NCBI RefSeq assembly: GCF_022045235.1
Contig: NW_027266297.1
Coordinates: 60,016,001 to 60,080,000 of the forward strand
Direction of reading: 5' to 3'
DNA length: 64,000 nt
From: Haliotis cracherodii
Taxonomy: Eukaryota
The notes under the pieces are model-generated. The model worked only from the letters and a program-made list of their open reading frames with translations. It ran no database searches and was not told the DNA's origin. This document shows, one piece after another, positions 26,315-38,729 of the stretch. The position numbers were made by a program, and so were the translations under genes. How positions within the stretch are numbered: the stretch's first letter is position 1; each line of letters starts with the position of its first letter.

Positions 26315-27614
26315 GTAAGGAATTAGATTCCATATTATCATTTATGAAAGTCGGCTTTTAATTAAACTTAGCACATCAGGATACATGTTGAAATTGCTTT
26401 TCTAAGTTGAATGCAGTTGGTTTCGTAACTATAGCATTCGACAAGTTTGTTATAAAAGTATAACAGATAAATTGTTATATTCCATGCAAAACACAACTTG
26501 TCTGGTTATTATTGGTGATCCATCCGTCTGTCAATAACGCCTAAGACAGAATGCATTACACACCTATTACAACGTTAACAGATTAGAGATACGGTTTGTC
26601 GGCTATTCTTCGACACATGGTGGTCATATATGATATATTTAAATACCAGCTATTTAAAACAATGGGTCTACTGTTACACTGTTTCACGTGCTTGTCCCGT
26701 GTTTCATACATGTTATACAAGGTCAAGAATGACGTGATAATTTCTCCTCTACAAGATGCCTTTGTGTCTTTTCTGCGTTCACTGATGGATGACATTGTTT
26801 ACATTGAATTCGTCTTTGTAAAAAAATAACATCAACACCAGAGAATAATCAGTCGCGAATGTCTATCAAAACAGAGCATAAACACATATTATTTTGATGT
26901 GCTTGGCTTAGCTATTGCGGTAACTAGAACGACTCGGCAAAAAATGATTCGGTTATTTACAAACCGCCGTCATATAGCTGGAATATTGCTGAGAGCAGCG
27001 TTAAAGAACAAACCAACTAACCATAACCAACCATAACTGCATAAAGCAGAGTCGATTGTACGATTCGGACTATATAATGATCATGTGTTTATGAACCACG
27101 GTCACATAGTGATGATACCAGGTGTTCGCATCCTGAACGTATCCTGCTCCACCAGTGGCACGCGTTGCAAACACATGCAAAGGCAGGTCAATTTGAAAGA
27201 AAGAAACGTCTCAGACTAAGGGTTACTTTTTATTATTGAAATTCGGGAAGAAGCCCAAACTCTCAAGTCATTCAGTTTAGTTCGTCGGAACGCGTACTCA
27301 ATTTATTTTCGTAAATTGTTGATGTATACATAATAATGATTACAAATTGCAATGTGCATCTGCAAAATTAATTAACGTATTGGGATATGACTCTTCCTCT
27401 CCAGGGTATAAGAAACTGAAATTTCTGATTCCTAACAATTTGTTAACGTACATTCAAATACCTTGAACCTTTCTTTATTGACAGGTCTTTACAAATTGTA
27501 AATGCATTACCTTTTTCTCATCACTACCGACGGCGTGACTAAAACGTTCAACGCAATCATTCTCTCACATACCATTACGATTCAGCGTACAGGACTTCGA
27601 CCTTCTTCAATGAT

Positions 27615-27963
27615 GACCGCCTCCGTGGTCTAGTGGTAGAGCGTCCGCCCGGAGAGCGGAAGGTCCGGGGTTCGAACCCCGGCCGAGTCACACCAAAAGA
27701 CGTTAAAAGATGGAACTTGTTGTCTGGCGCTCAGCATTAAGAGGCTAAAACAAGGACTGGTCGGCTCGGAGCCCAGTATACTGTGTCTGAGGGGGTATTC
27801 ATGTTAAACTGCGGCATGGTATCTCAGTGAGCCAGCACTATAAATCGACATCAGTCCGAACTAGTACAAGCAGCCCAACACACACAAATACGTGCATGCA
27901 CACGTCGTTATATAAGTGCAACAATCTTGGACGCGACGTTAAACCCACTTTCACCTCACCTCA
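27615..27963 (+). mobile_element. tRNA-derived SINE family D (Meta-domain-like centre)
   Basis: TGGTCTAGTGG A box, GGTTCGAACCC B box, (CACCT)n tail, TSD CTTCTTCAATGA. Confidence 0.9.
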
Positions 27964-29118
27964 CTTCTTCAATGAGGAATTCAGTGCCATTTCAAAAGAA
28001 ACTTTAAAAGGTTGTCAACAGCTCCTCATCCTTGACAAAAATAATTCAGACGAACAAATAATCATTTTGTTATTTCCTAATTTCATTCATGCAGTCATTG
28101 TAACATGTTACCTGATTTATATTTGCTCATACAAGTGTTCCCGGATATGACCGATGCTGTGACTAATGTTTGTAACAGTCAGTATTCTCGAGGTGTATTC
28201 AGGTCAACAGCCTGCTGCAAGGTCGCGTAAACAGACGTGCATGGAATGTAGGACCACCTCTGACACATCCTCTTTGCCTCATGATCATGAATGTGTTTGT
28301 GTGTGGATGCAAAGTCACATTCAAGTGTGATAATGGTATATGATTGTGACCCTGGCTACACGCTTTACTCCAACTGGTGGTATTATCGAACTGTTATTGC
28401 CCTGTGATAAACACTTTTATTTATTTTGATAAACACTCCTTTAAGATGAAATATTAATAAATGTTAAATGAACTACTTGTGTGTAAAATTCATATTGGTC
28501 TGCGTAAAATTTACATTACTATTGATTGGTAGATATTCATCAACAATCTATCAATCATATATTTCTCGAAATGAACCTCCCACGGTGGTAAAGAAGAAAA
28601 AGTTTCTTTACATGACAATAAACTTGTAGTTTATAAGATGTCGGTTATACTATAAGTATTTTTGGTGACATTTAAACATTTTGCTTGAAAACCTGTGTGA
28701 ACATGTTAACAGTACATGTACATATACATAAGCACGCACGGACATATATAGTCACCCTCAAAGGTACTTATCTATCATACATATGAATTTTGCAAGGTTT
28801 TTTATATTTTTGTTCATTTCTGGTACTCTTGTTATTTTTAGGAAAGTGTGTATATTTATTCGAGGTTATTTGTATCTGGATTCACTAACAGCTTCACATT
28901 TAAACAGGTAGTGGAATTCATCGGCTGTAGCTGGCGACATACACAATTTTACATGTCCTAAATTCTCTACCTTTACAAAGCCAACGGCCAACTTCGACGG
29001 GTAGATTACGTTTGTAGATTCTATTTTTTAGAATAGGATGACGAATTTGCTTAGATGGCAGAAGAAAGTTTTCAAATGACGGGATATCTTTTAAATATTT
29101 ATAATAATACCCTTTTGA

Positions 29119-30418
29119 ACATCCACCCCAGCATCTAACAACCAACACAGCATCCAACATCCACCCCAGCATCCAACATCCACCCCAGCATCCAACATCC
29201 ACCCCAGCATCTAACATCCACCCCAGCATCCAACATCCACCCCAGCATCTAACAACCGACACAGCATCCAACATCCACCCCAGCATCCAACAACCGACAC
29301 AGCATCCAACATCCACCCCAGCATCCAACATCCACCCCAGCATCCAACATCCACCCCAGCATCTAACAACCGACACAGCATCCAACATCCACCCCAGCAT
29401 CTAACAACCGACACAGCATCCAACATCCACCCCAGCATCCAACAACCGACACAGCATCCAACATCCACTCCAACATCCAACAACCGACACAGCATCCAAC
29501 ATCCGACACAGCATCCAACATCCACCCCAGCATCCAACAACCGACACATCATCCAACATCCACCCCAGCATCCAACAACCGACACAGCATCCAACATCCA
29601 CCCCAGCATCTAACAACCAACACAGCATCCAACATCCACCCCAGCATCCAACAACCGACACAGCATCCAACAACCGACACAGCATCCAACATCCAACAAC
29701 CGACACAGCATCCAACAACCGACACAGCATCCAACATCCGACACAGCATCCAACATCCACCCCAGCATCCAACAACCGACACAGCATCCAACATCCACCC
29801 CAGCATCCAACAACCGACACAGCATCCAACATCCACCCCAGCATCCAACAACCGACACAGCATCCAACATCCACTCCAACATCCAACAACCGACACAGCA
29901 TCCAACATCCGACACAGCATCCAACATCCACCCAAGCATCCAACAACCGACACATCATCCAACATCCACCCCAGCATCCAACAACCGACACAGCATCCAA
30001 CATCCACCCCAGCATCCAACAACCAACACATCCGACCCAGCATCCAACAACCGACACAGCATCCAACATCCACCCCAGCATCCAACAACCGACACAGCAT
30101 CCAACATCCACCCCAGCATCCAACAACCGACACAGCATCCAACATCCACCCCAGCATCCAACAACCGACAAAGCATCCAACATCCACCCCAGCATCTAAC
30201 ATCCACCCCAGCATCTAACAACCGACACAGCATCCAACATCCACCCCAGCATCTAACAACCGACACAGCATCCAACATCCACTCCAGCATCCAACAACCG
30301 ACACAGCATCCAACATCCACTCCAACATCCAACAACCGACACATCATCCAACATCCACTCCAGCATCCAACAACCGACACAGCATCCAACATCCACTCCA
30401 GCATCTAACAACCGACAC
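29119..30418. repeat. 19-bp two-variant minisatellite ending just upstream of lipase exon 2
   Basis: ACATCCACCCCAGCATCCA and ACAACCGACACAGCATCCA. Confidence 0.95.
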
Positions 30419-30449
30419 TGTTACTACAACACTGAATATTTTTCTTCAG

Positions 30450-30766
30450 GATGGTTTATTTCTTCCTCCTCTCCGGAGCCAGGACGTGTCTGCTTCACCA
30501 GCCTGGGACGCTGCTACAGCAACGCCGCCCCCTACAACAATGTGCCGGGGTTCTTACCAGAGTCCCCGGCCATACAACAGGTGCAGTTCTGGCTCTACAC
30601 ACGGGGCGACACAAACCGCCCACAGACGATTTCGGCTGATTCGGATGCCAGTATTACAACGTCCAATTTCGATGCCCATAGGGAGACGAAGGTCATCATC
30701 CATGGGTTTGGGGAGTGGGGCAACAAGTCCTGGGTGAGGATCATGAAGGACACCATTCTTACACAC
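30450..30766 (+). CDS. Lipase exon 2
   Basis: TTCTTCAG| ...VCFTSLGRCYSNAAPY...LPESP...FWLYTR...SNFDAHRETKVIIHGF...DTILTH |GTGAGT. Confidence 0.92.
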
Positions 30767-31389
30767 GTGAGTTGCTCTTGGCACCATTCTTACACACTTG
30801 AACTCATATTGGCATCATTCTTACACACGTGATATCATGTTGGCATCGTTCTTACACACGTGAGATCATGTTGGCATCATTCTTACACACGTGAGATCAT
30901 GTTGGCATCATTCTTACACACGTGATATCATGTTGGCATCATTGCTACACACGTGAGATCATGTTGGCATCATTCTTACACACGTGAGTTCATGTAGACA
31001 TCATTCTTACACACGTGAGATGATATTGGCATCATTCTCACACACGTGAGATCATGTTGGCATCATTCTTACACACGTGAGTTCATATTGGCATCATCCT
31101 TGCACACGTGAGTTCATGTTGGCATCATTCTTACACACGTGAGATCATTTTGGCATCATTCTTACACACGTGAGTTCATGTAGACATCATTCTTACACAC
31201 GTGAGATGATATTGGCATGATTCTTACACACGTGAGATCATGTTGGCATCATTCTTACACACGTGAGTTCATATTGGCATCATCCTTGCACACGTGAGTT
31301 CATGTTGGCATCATTCTTACACATGTGAGATCATATTGGCATCATTTTTGCACACGTGAGTTCATGTAGGCATCATTCTTACACACGTT

Positions 31390-31673
31390 GGGGGCACCGG
31401 TGGCCCAGTCGTCTAAGGCGCCGCGATTCGCTGTGCAGAGTTGCATCCCTTGGGCACGCCAGAAACCTATGATTGTGGGTTTCTTTCCCGGTTCTCCCGA
31501 ATTATGTTTCTAGGTTTGTCAGCACCATACCCGTGCTCGTGGGTTTCACCGAAGTGGTAAACGTCTGAGACCTGCGTCACTTCGAGCTTTCCTCCCACAT
31601 TAAGCTGATACGCCGTGATATAACTGGAATACTGTTAAAAGCGGCGTTAAACCTAACTCACTCACTCACTCAC
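31390..31673 (+). mobile_element. SINE family B within the donor array
   Basis: TSD TCTTACACACGT. Confidence 0.92.
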
Positions 31674-32012
31674 TCTTACACACGTGAGTTCATATTGGCA
31701 TTATTCTTACGCACGTGAGTTCATGTTGGCATCATTCTTATACACGTGAGTTCATGTAGGCACCATTCTTACACACGTGAGTTCATATTGGCATTATTGT
31801 TTTACATGTGAGTTCCTGTTGGCTTTACTCTGTCACACGTGAGTTCATGTTGGCATCATTCTTACACACGTGAGACCATATTGGCATCATTCTTACGCAC
31901 GTGAGTTCATGTTGGCATCATTCTTACGCACTTGAGTTCATGTTGGCATCATTCTTACGCACGTTGGTTCGTTTAAGAACTGCTTTTCACTTTGTTGAGT
32001 TCTTGGAGTATG

Positions 32013-32180
32013 GGGGCGGTCGGAAAGTCTAGTGGTTAAAGCGTTCGCTCGTCGCGCCGAAGACCCGGGTTCGATTCCCGAAATGGGTACAATGTGTGAA
32101 GCCCATTTCTGGTGTCCCCCGCCGTGATATTGCTGGAATATTGCTACAAGCGGGGTAAAACCATACTCACTCACTCACTC
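32013..32180 (+). mobile_element. SINE family A
   Basis: TSD TTGGAGTATG. Confidence 0.92.
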
Positions 32181-33216
32181 ATTGGAGTATGAAGCTGGAT
32201 CTGTGTGAACGTCCAATGGAAAAACCGTATATCGTGTAAACTTCACATCTAAAGATTAGATTGACGGCATTGCTTCACACGTGAGTTCATATTAGCACCA
32301 TTCCTACAAATCGGAGATCATACTAGTACCATTCCTTCAAGTGTTCATTTTGGCACTATTCTTTCAAATGTGAGTTCATATTGACACCATTCTTTCACAC
32401 AATATTTCATATTGTCACCATTACTTCACATGTGAGTTCATATTGGCACATTACTTCACATGTGAGTTCATATTGGCACCATTACTTCACATGCGAGTTC
32501 ATATTGGCACGATTACTTTACTTGTGAGTTCATATTGGCACATTCCTTCACATGTGAGTTCATATTGGCACCATAACTTTACATGTGAGTTCATATCGGC
32601 ACATTCCTTCACATGTGAGTTCATATTGACACCATTCTTTCACACAATATTTCATATTGGCACCATTACTTCACACAATATTTCATATTGGCACCATTCT
32701 TATACACATGCGTTCATATTGGCATGATTCTGTCACACTCTATTTCATATTGGCACCGTTACTACACATGTGAGTTCATATTGGCATCATTCCTATACAC
32801 ATGAGTTTATCTTGGCACCATTCACCTACTCGCTTACCTGGTGTCATCACTGTTAGATCCTCAGTCACAGACATGCCCACGATGCAGTCGGAGTCGTAAA
32901 TCGACTCTGCTTTCGGCAGATGAATATAGAAAGGTTTTTTTGTCACTTATATTTACACACGAGAATAAATATTAGAACCGTTCGTACACACGAGAGTTCA
33001 CATTGACACCATTCTTACACACATGAGGTCATATTGGCACCATTCTCACACATGTGAGTTCACATTTGCTGTTTTTTTCAAGTGAATGAGTGACTGATTT
33101 TAGTACTTATGTACTTGCCACATTGAATAGAGTGACATTGGTTTCGACAAAGATGTTTATTATATTGATGGATGGGATGGGATTATAGTGTGCTCTGCGT
33201 TTCCGTTTTGATACAG

Positions 33217-33448
33217 GATAATGTCAACGTGATCATCGTGAACTGGCGAGAAGGTGCCAAGCCCCCCGTGTACTTTCAGAGCGTCGCCAACACGCGAGTG
33301 GTGGGGACTCTATTGGAGAAACTCATCACGAGACTCAACACAGTGACAAGAGCCTCTTTTCAGAGCTTCCATTTGATTGGTCACAGCCTAGGGGCGCACG
33401 TTGCTGGCTATGCTGGGATGACGATAAATACAATTGGTAGGATAACAG
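33217..33448 (+). CDS. Lipase exon 3 (catalytic Ser)
   Basis: DNVNVIIVNW...YFQSVANTRVVG...FHLIGHSLGAHVAGYAG...GRIT. Acceptor ATACAG, donor G|GTACGT. Confidence 0.95.
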
Positions 33449-33541
33449 GTACGTCATTGTGAAACCATGTCTTTTAATTAATTGTAAAATCAAAATGAAG
33501 GAGAATATTGCTTTCAGCAACCGTCATTTTTATATCTACAG

Positions 33542-33658
33542 GAATGGATCCAGCAGGTCCAAATTTCGACGATTTCGGAAACCAGGTCATCTTGGATGCA
33601 AGTGATGCCAGCTTTGTGGATATCATACACACAAATGCCAAACCTCTGCGCAACTTTG
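33542..33658 (+). CDS. Lipase exon 4 (catalytic Asp)
   Basis: GMDPAGPNF...LDASDASFVDIIHTN. Donor G|GTAAGC. Confidence 0.95.
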
Positions 33659-34079
33659 GTAAGCTGAAAAACAATATACCAATATACTCAATAAAACAAT
33701 GTTATAAGGTACAACTGTCTCCCAGGAATGTATCAACAGTTACAAAATTAATGTAAAGAGTTCTGACACGCTTATCGGCTGTTCATATACATGGAATACA
33801 TAGAAATATGGAGACCGAAAGTTCCAGGACTAACCCTTTTGTAAATGACTGTAATGTCATAAGGTGATGCTAGTCTAAGAATGCGAGCTCGCCACGAATA
33901 GCTGTAACATTGACGATGCGGCGTAAAGCAATATTTATTTATATCTTTAAGAATGTGAGAAAACTGTGGGTTTGAAAATTAATTGTCAGAGACGCATCCC
34001 TCATGGACCTTGCCACCCTCTCAGCGACCTGAGTGAACCTACCAGACCACACCCATGGGAGAGCCATATATTTGGGAGA

Positions 34080-36752
34080 TGTTTCTGTGACTGTGGTTCA
34101 GGGTATGGTATACAGAGGACTATCTATGATCTGTGGTTGTGTTTCAGGGTATGGGATACAGAGGACTATCTATGATCTGTGGTTGTGTTTCAGGGTATGG
34201 TATACAGAGGACTATCTATTATCTGTGATTGTGTTTCAGGGTATGGTATACAGAGGACTATCTGTGATCTGTGATTGTGTTTCAGGGTATGGGATACAGA
34301 GGACTATCTATGATCTGTGATTGTGTTTCGGGATACGGGACTATGTATGATCTGTGATTGTGTTTCGGGATACAGAGGACTATCTATGATCTGTGATTGT
34401 GTTTCAGGGTATGAGATATATAGGACTATCTATGATCTGTGATTGTGTTTCAGGGTGTAGGATACAGAGGACTGTCTATGATCTGTGATTGAGTTTCAGG
34501 GTAAGGGATACAGAGGACTATCTATGATCTGTGTCTGTGTTTCGGGATACAGAGGACTATCTATGATCTGTGATTGTGTTTCAGGGTATGAGATATATAG
34601 GACTATCTATTATCTGTGATTGTGTTTCGGGGTATGGGATACAGAGGACTATCTATTATCTGTGATTGTGTTTCAGGGTATGGGATACAGAGGACTATCT
34701 ATAATCTGTGATTGTGTTTCGGGATACGGGACTCTCTATGATCTGTGATTGTGTTTCAGGGTATGAGATATATAGGACTATCTATGATCTGTGATTGTGT
34801 TTCAGGGTATGGGATACAGAAGACTGTCTATGATCTGTGGTTGAGTTTCAGGGTAAGGGATACAGAGGACTATCTATGATCTGTGATTGTGTTTCGGGAT
34901 ACAGTGAGTGAGTGAGTGAGTATGGTTTTACGCCACTTTTAGCAATATTCCAGCAATATCACGGCGGGGGACACCAGAAATGAGCTTCACACATTGTACC
35001 CATGTCGGGAATCGAACCCGGGTCTTCGGCGTGACGAGCGAACTCTTTAACCACTAGGCTACCCGACCGCCCCGTTTCGGGATACAGAGGACTATCTATG
35101 ATCTGTGATTGTGTTTCAGGGTATGGGATAGGGAGGACTGTCTATGATCTGTGATTGAGTTTCAGGGTAAGGGATACAGAGGACTATCTATGATCTGTGA
35201 TTGTGTTTCAGGATAAGGGATACAGAGGACTATCTATGATCTGTGATTGTGTTTCGGGATACGGGACTATCTATTATCTGTGATTGTGTTTCAGGGTATG
35301 AGATATATAGGACTATCTATTATCTGTGATTATGTTTCAGGGTATGGGATACAGAGGACTATCTATTATCTGTGATTGTGTTTCAGGGTATGGGATACAG
35401 AGGACTATCTATGATCTGTGATTGTGTTTCGGGGTAAGGGATACAGAGGACTATCTATTATCTGTAATTGAGCTTCAGGGTATGGTATACAGAGGACTAT
35501 CTATGATCTGGGATTGTGTTTGGGGATACAGAGGACTATCTATGATCTATGATTGTGTTTCAGGGTATGGGATACAGAGGACTACCTATTATCTGTGATT
35601 GTGTTTCGGGGTAAGGGATACAGAGGACTATCTATGATCTGTGATTGTGTTTCGGGGTAAGGGATACAGAGGACTATCTATGATATGTGACTGTGTTTCG
35701 GGATACAGGACTATCTATGATCTGTGATTGTGTTTCAGGGTATGAGATATATAGGACTATCTATTATCTGTGATTGTGTTTCAGGGTATGAGATACAGAG
35801 GACAATCTATGATCTGTGATTGTGTTTCAGGGTATGAGATACAGAGGACAATCTATGATCTGTGATTGTGTTTCGGGATACGGGACTATCTATGATCTGT
35901 GATTGTGTTTCGGGATACGGGACTATCTATGATCTGTGATTGTGTGTCAGGATACGGGACTCTCTAAGATTCGGATTGTGTTTCAGGGCATGCAATACAG
36001 AGGACTATCTATGATCTATGATTGTGTTTCAGGGCATGCAATACAGAGGACTATCTATGATCTGTGATTGTGTTTCAGGGCATGCAATACAGAGGACTAT
36101 CTATGATCTGTGATTGTGTTTCAGGGTATGGGATATAGAAGACTATCTATTATCTGTGATTGTGTTTCAGGGTATGGGATACAGAGGACTGTCTATGATC
36201 TGTGATTGTGTTTCAGGGCATGCAATACAGAGGACTATCTATGATCTGTGATTGTGTTTCAGGGTATGGGATACAGAGGACTAACTATTATCTGTGATTG
36301 TGTTTCAGGGTATAGGATACAGAAGACTATCTATGATCTGTGATTTTGTTTCGGCATACGGGACAATCTATGATCTGCGATTGTGTTTCAGGGTATGGGA
36401 TACAGAGGACTATCTATTATCTGTAATTGTGTTTCAGGGTATGGGATACAGAGCACTATCTATGATATGTGATTGTGTTTCGGGATACGGGACTATCTAT
36501 GATCTATGATTGTGTTTCAGGGTATGGGATACAGTGGAATATCTATGATCTGTGATTGTGTTTCAGGGCATGGGATTCAGAGGACTATCTATGATCAGTG
36601 ATTGTGTTTCGGGATACAGGGTTATCTATGATCTGTGAATGTGTTTCAGGGTATGGGATTCAGAGGACTATCTATGATCTGTGATTGTGTTTCGGGATAC
36701 AGGACTATCTATTATCTGTGATTGTGTTTCAGGGTATGGGATACAGAAGACC
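34080..36752 (+). repeat. ~46-bp tandem array whose unit spans the exon-5 acceptor site
   Basis: Unit TCTATGATCTGTGATTGTGTTTCAG|GGTATGGGATACAGAGGACTA, with shorter variants lacking the AG. The last copy is the real exon start. Confidence 0.95.
34904..35073 (-). mobile_element. SINE family A within the acceptor array
   Basis: TSD GTTTCGGGATACA. Confidence 0.93.
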
Positions 36753-36852
36753 ACTGGTCATGTGGACTTCTTCCCTAATGGCGGTGTCAATCAGCCGGGG
36801 TGTCCCGACACCACCAGGGGCATCCTGCTCCTCCTCAACGGCGACACTGCAG
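36733..36852 (+). CDS. Lipase exon 5
   Basis: (G)YGIQKTTGHVDFFPNGGVNQPGCPDTTRGILLLLNGDTA. Phase 1/1, donor G|GTAGGT. Confidence 0.95.
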
Positions 36853-37439
36853 GTAGGTGATGTACGGCTCTCGGTCCCTCCCTTCCAACACAAAAATACC
36901 TTACTTGAGCAGCGTCACGTTCATATCACTGGCCCTCTACTCCGCAATGTCACACAGACACACATGTCACAATTACAAATGATGCCCTCGAGTTTCAATT
37001 TGCTGATCAAGAAAAAGAAAGAATGTTCATGTTTACTGTTATTTGTCTTACGGGCAACTGTATTTTTCGAACCCTTAAAAAATATGTCTGTATTACTGAA
37101 ATGAGAGTTCATGTGAGCATTTTTGTCAACATGAGTGAGTGAGTGAGTGAGTGAGTGAGTGAGTGAGTGAGTGAGCATATCGTCTAGATGTGGGAAGAAA
37201 GCCCGACGTGATGCAGGTCCTCGTTCACGGCTTTGATGCGGCGGAGGAGCACGGGTATTTGCATTTGGAAAAGAGAGGAATAATATCCATAAAATCACAG
37301 ATTAACATAATTTTATTCGACAGTTGTTTCAATGGCGATCAGTTAGATCAGTGCCCGAAGCATTATCGAAAGTTATTTCCTCCATCGTTGACACAATTAA
37401 GAATAACAATAACAACAACAATAAAATAATAATTTTCAC

Positions 37440-38690
37440 AGTTTTCTTAAACGAACCAAGGATGTGGGACATAAGCTCAATGTCAGTGATGATTTTCTTG
37501 ATGGTTCTGTACTGCTGGACTGTACAGTGAGTGAGTGAGTATGGTTTTACGCCGCTTTTAGCAATATTCCAGGAATATCACGGCGGGGGACACCACAAAT
37601 GGGATTCACACATTGTACCCATGTCGGGAATCGAACCCGGTTCGTCGGCATGACGAGCGAACGCTTTAACCACTAGGCTACCCGACTGGACGGTACAGAA
37701 ATGAGTGTCAACCAAGCGAAATGCCATATCAAATCGGCCCAAACTCAGCTCTTCAAGGAGGGGCTATCTGAACGACCACTGCATAGAGGTTATGTGCAGT
37801 GTGTTGAGAAGATCAGCAACCCCGCAGAGTTCTTCGTTTGGGTGAAGTCGTCTGGCCTGAAAAGTGAAACAGAAGGTTTTGTGTTTGCTGCTCAGGACCA
37901 GTCAATTCCCACTCGAAACCGTCAATGTGTGATTTTGCATCAAAATGTTAATATGAAATGTAGATAATACAATGAATTTAATGAGACTGTCCAACACATT
38001 GTCAGCGGATGCCCCGCTTTGGCACAAACACAGTATCTTAAACGACATGATGGTGTAGCTCGATCATTTTATTACCGTCTCCGCCATGGTTGTGGTTTTG
38101 ACACAGAGGTCCACCCATGGTACACCCCGGAGTATGTAGAGAGCGTCATGGAAAATGATAAATACCAAATTCTTTGGAATAGGCCCGTTTACAGCCTTAG
38201 ACGTATCCAGTCCAACAAACCTGATCTTGTCCTTTTTGATAAATCCAATGAAATCATTTATAGAATTGAATTTTCTGTCCTTCTGACACTCATGTAATGT
38301 CCATAATTCAGTAAAAACATGGCAAATATGCAGACCTCGCTTTCGAAATGTCACGCTTGCATCCCAAGTACCAAGTTGTCCGACTCCCCATTGTTCTCGG
38401 TGCCTTAGGTTTGGTACCTCCCAATCTGTTGACTGACATCGGGAGAGTACCCGGGTTTGCTACCAGGAATACAGCCCTTCTGACAATCTGGGTAATGCAG
38501 AAGGCTGCAGTGTTGGGGAGTCTTCACATTCTCCGAAAAGTTCTGGGTGGGTTTGACAAGGCAGGGCTTCCTGGGAAAGTCCCATTCGCTGTCTAGGCTG
38601 CGTGTAGAGAGGGCAAGGGCCCTGAGCTGATGATTAGCCTAACCAGCCTGGCTGTGCCAGGATCACCCAAACCCTCCTTGCTGCATTATA
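37440..38690 (+). mobile_element. R4/Dong-like non-LTR retrotransposon, 3' fragment (zinc knuckle and RLE), decayed
   Basis: ETEGFVFAAQDQ..TR, ETVQHIVSGCPALA..YLKRHD, NKPDLVLFD, PIVLGALG, MQKAAVLGS. Confidence 0.85.
37528..37685 (-). mobile_element. SINE family A nested in the LINE fragment
   Basis: TSD CTGGACKGTACAG. Confidence 0.9.
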
Positions 38691-38729
38691 TATTTTTAAT
38701 CTTTTTTTAATATGTTATTTCATGTTCAG

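Larger units (their letters stand above)
30750..33062 (+). repeat. 31-bp tandem array whose unit spans the exon-2 donor site
   Basis: Unit GGCATCATTCTTACACAC|GTGAGTTCATRTT. The first copy is the real exon end. Interrupted by two SINEs. Confidence 0.95.

Noticed and set aside
27040-27190. Short segment shared with 5805-5900, 32835-32912 and 40690-40745 as a conserved regulatory element
   Set aside because: Occurs in both orientations inside and outside the gene, so it is better explained as an old dispersed repeat.
28918-30404. Cys/Trp-rich minus-strand ORFs
   Set aside because: Translations of the 19-bp intronic array.
30750-36752. CRISPR-like appearance of regular ~31-46-bp repeats
   Set aside because: Units are contiguous with no unique spacers, there are no cas genes, and the context is a eukaryotic intron.
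36685-37104. ORF-track frame over lipase exon 5
   Set aside because: Wrong frame. The phase-1 splice gives GHVDFFPNGG.
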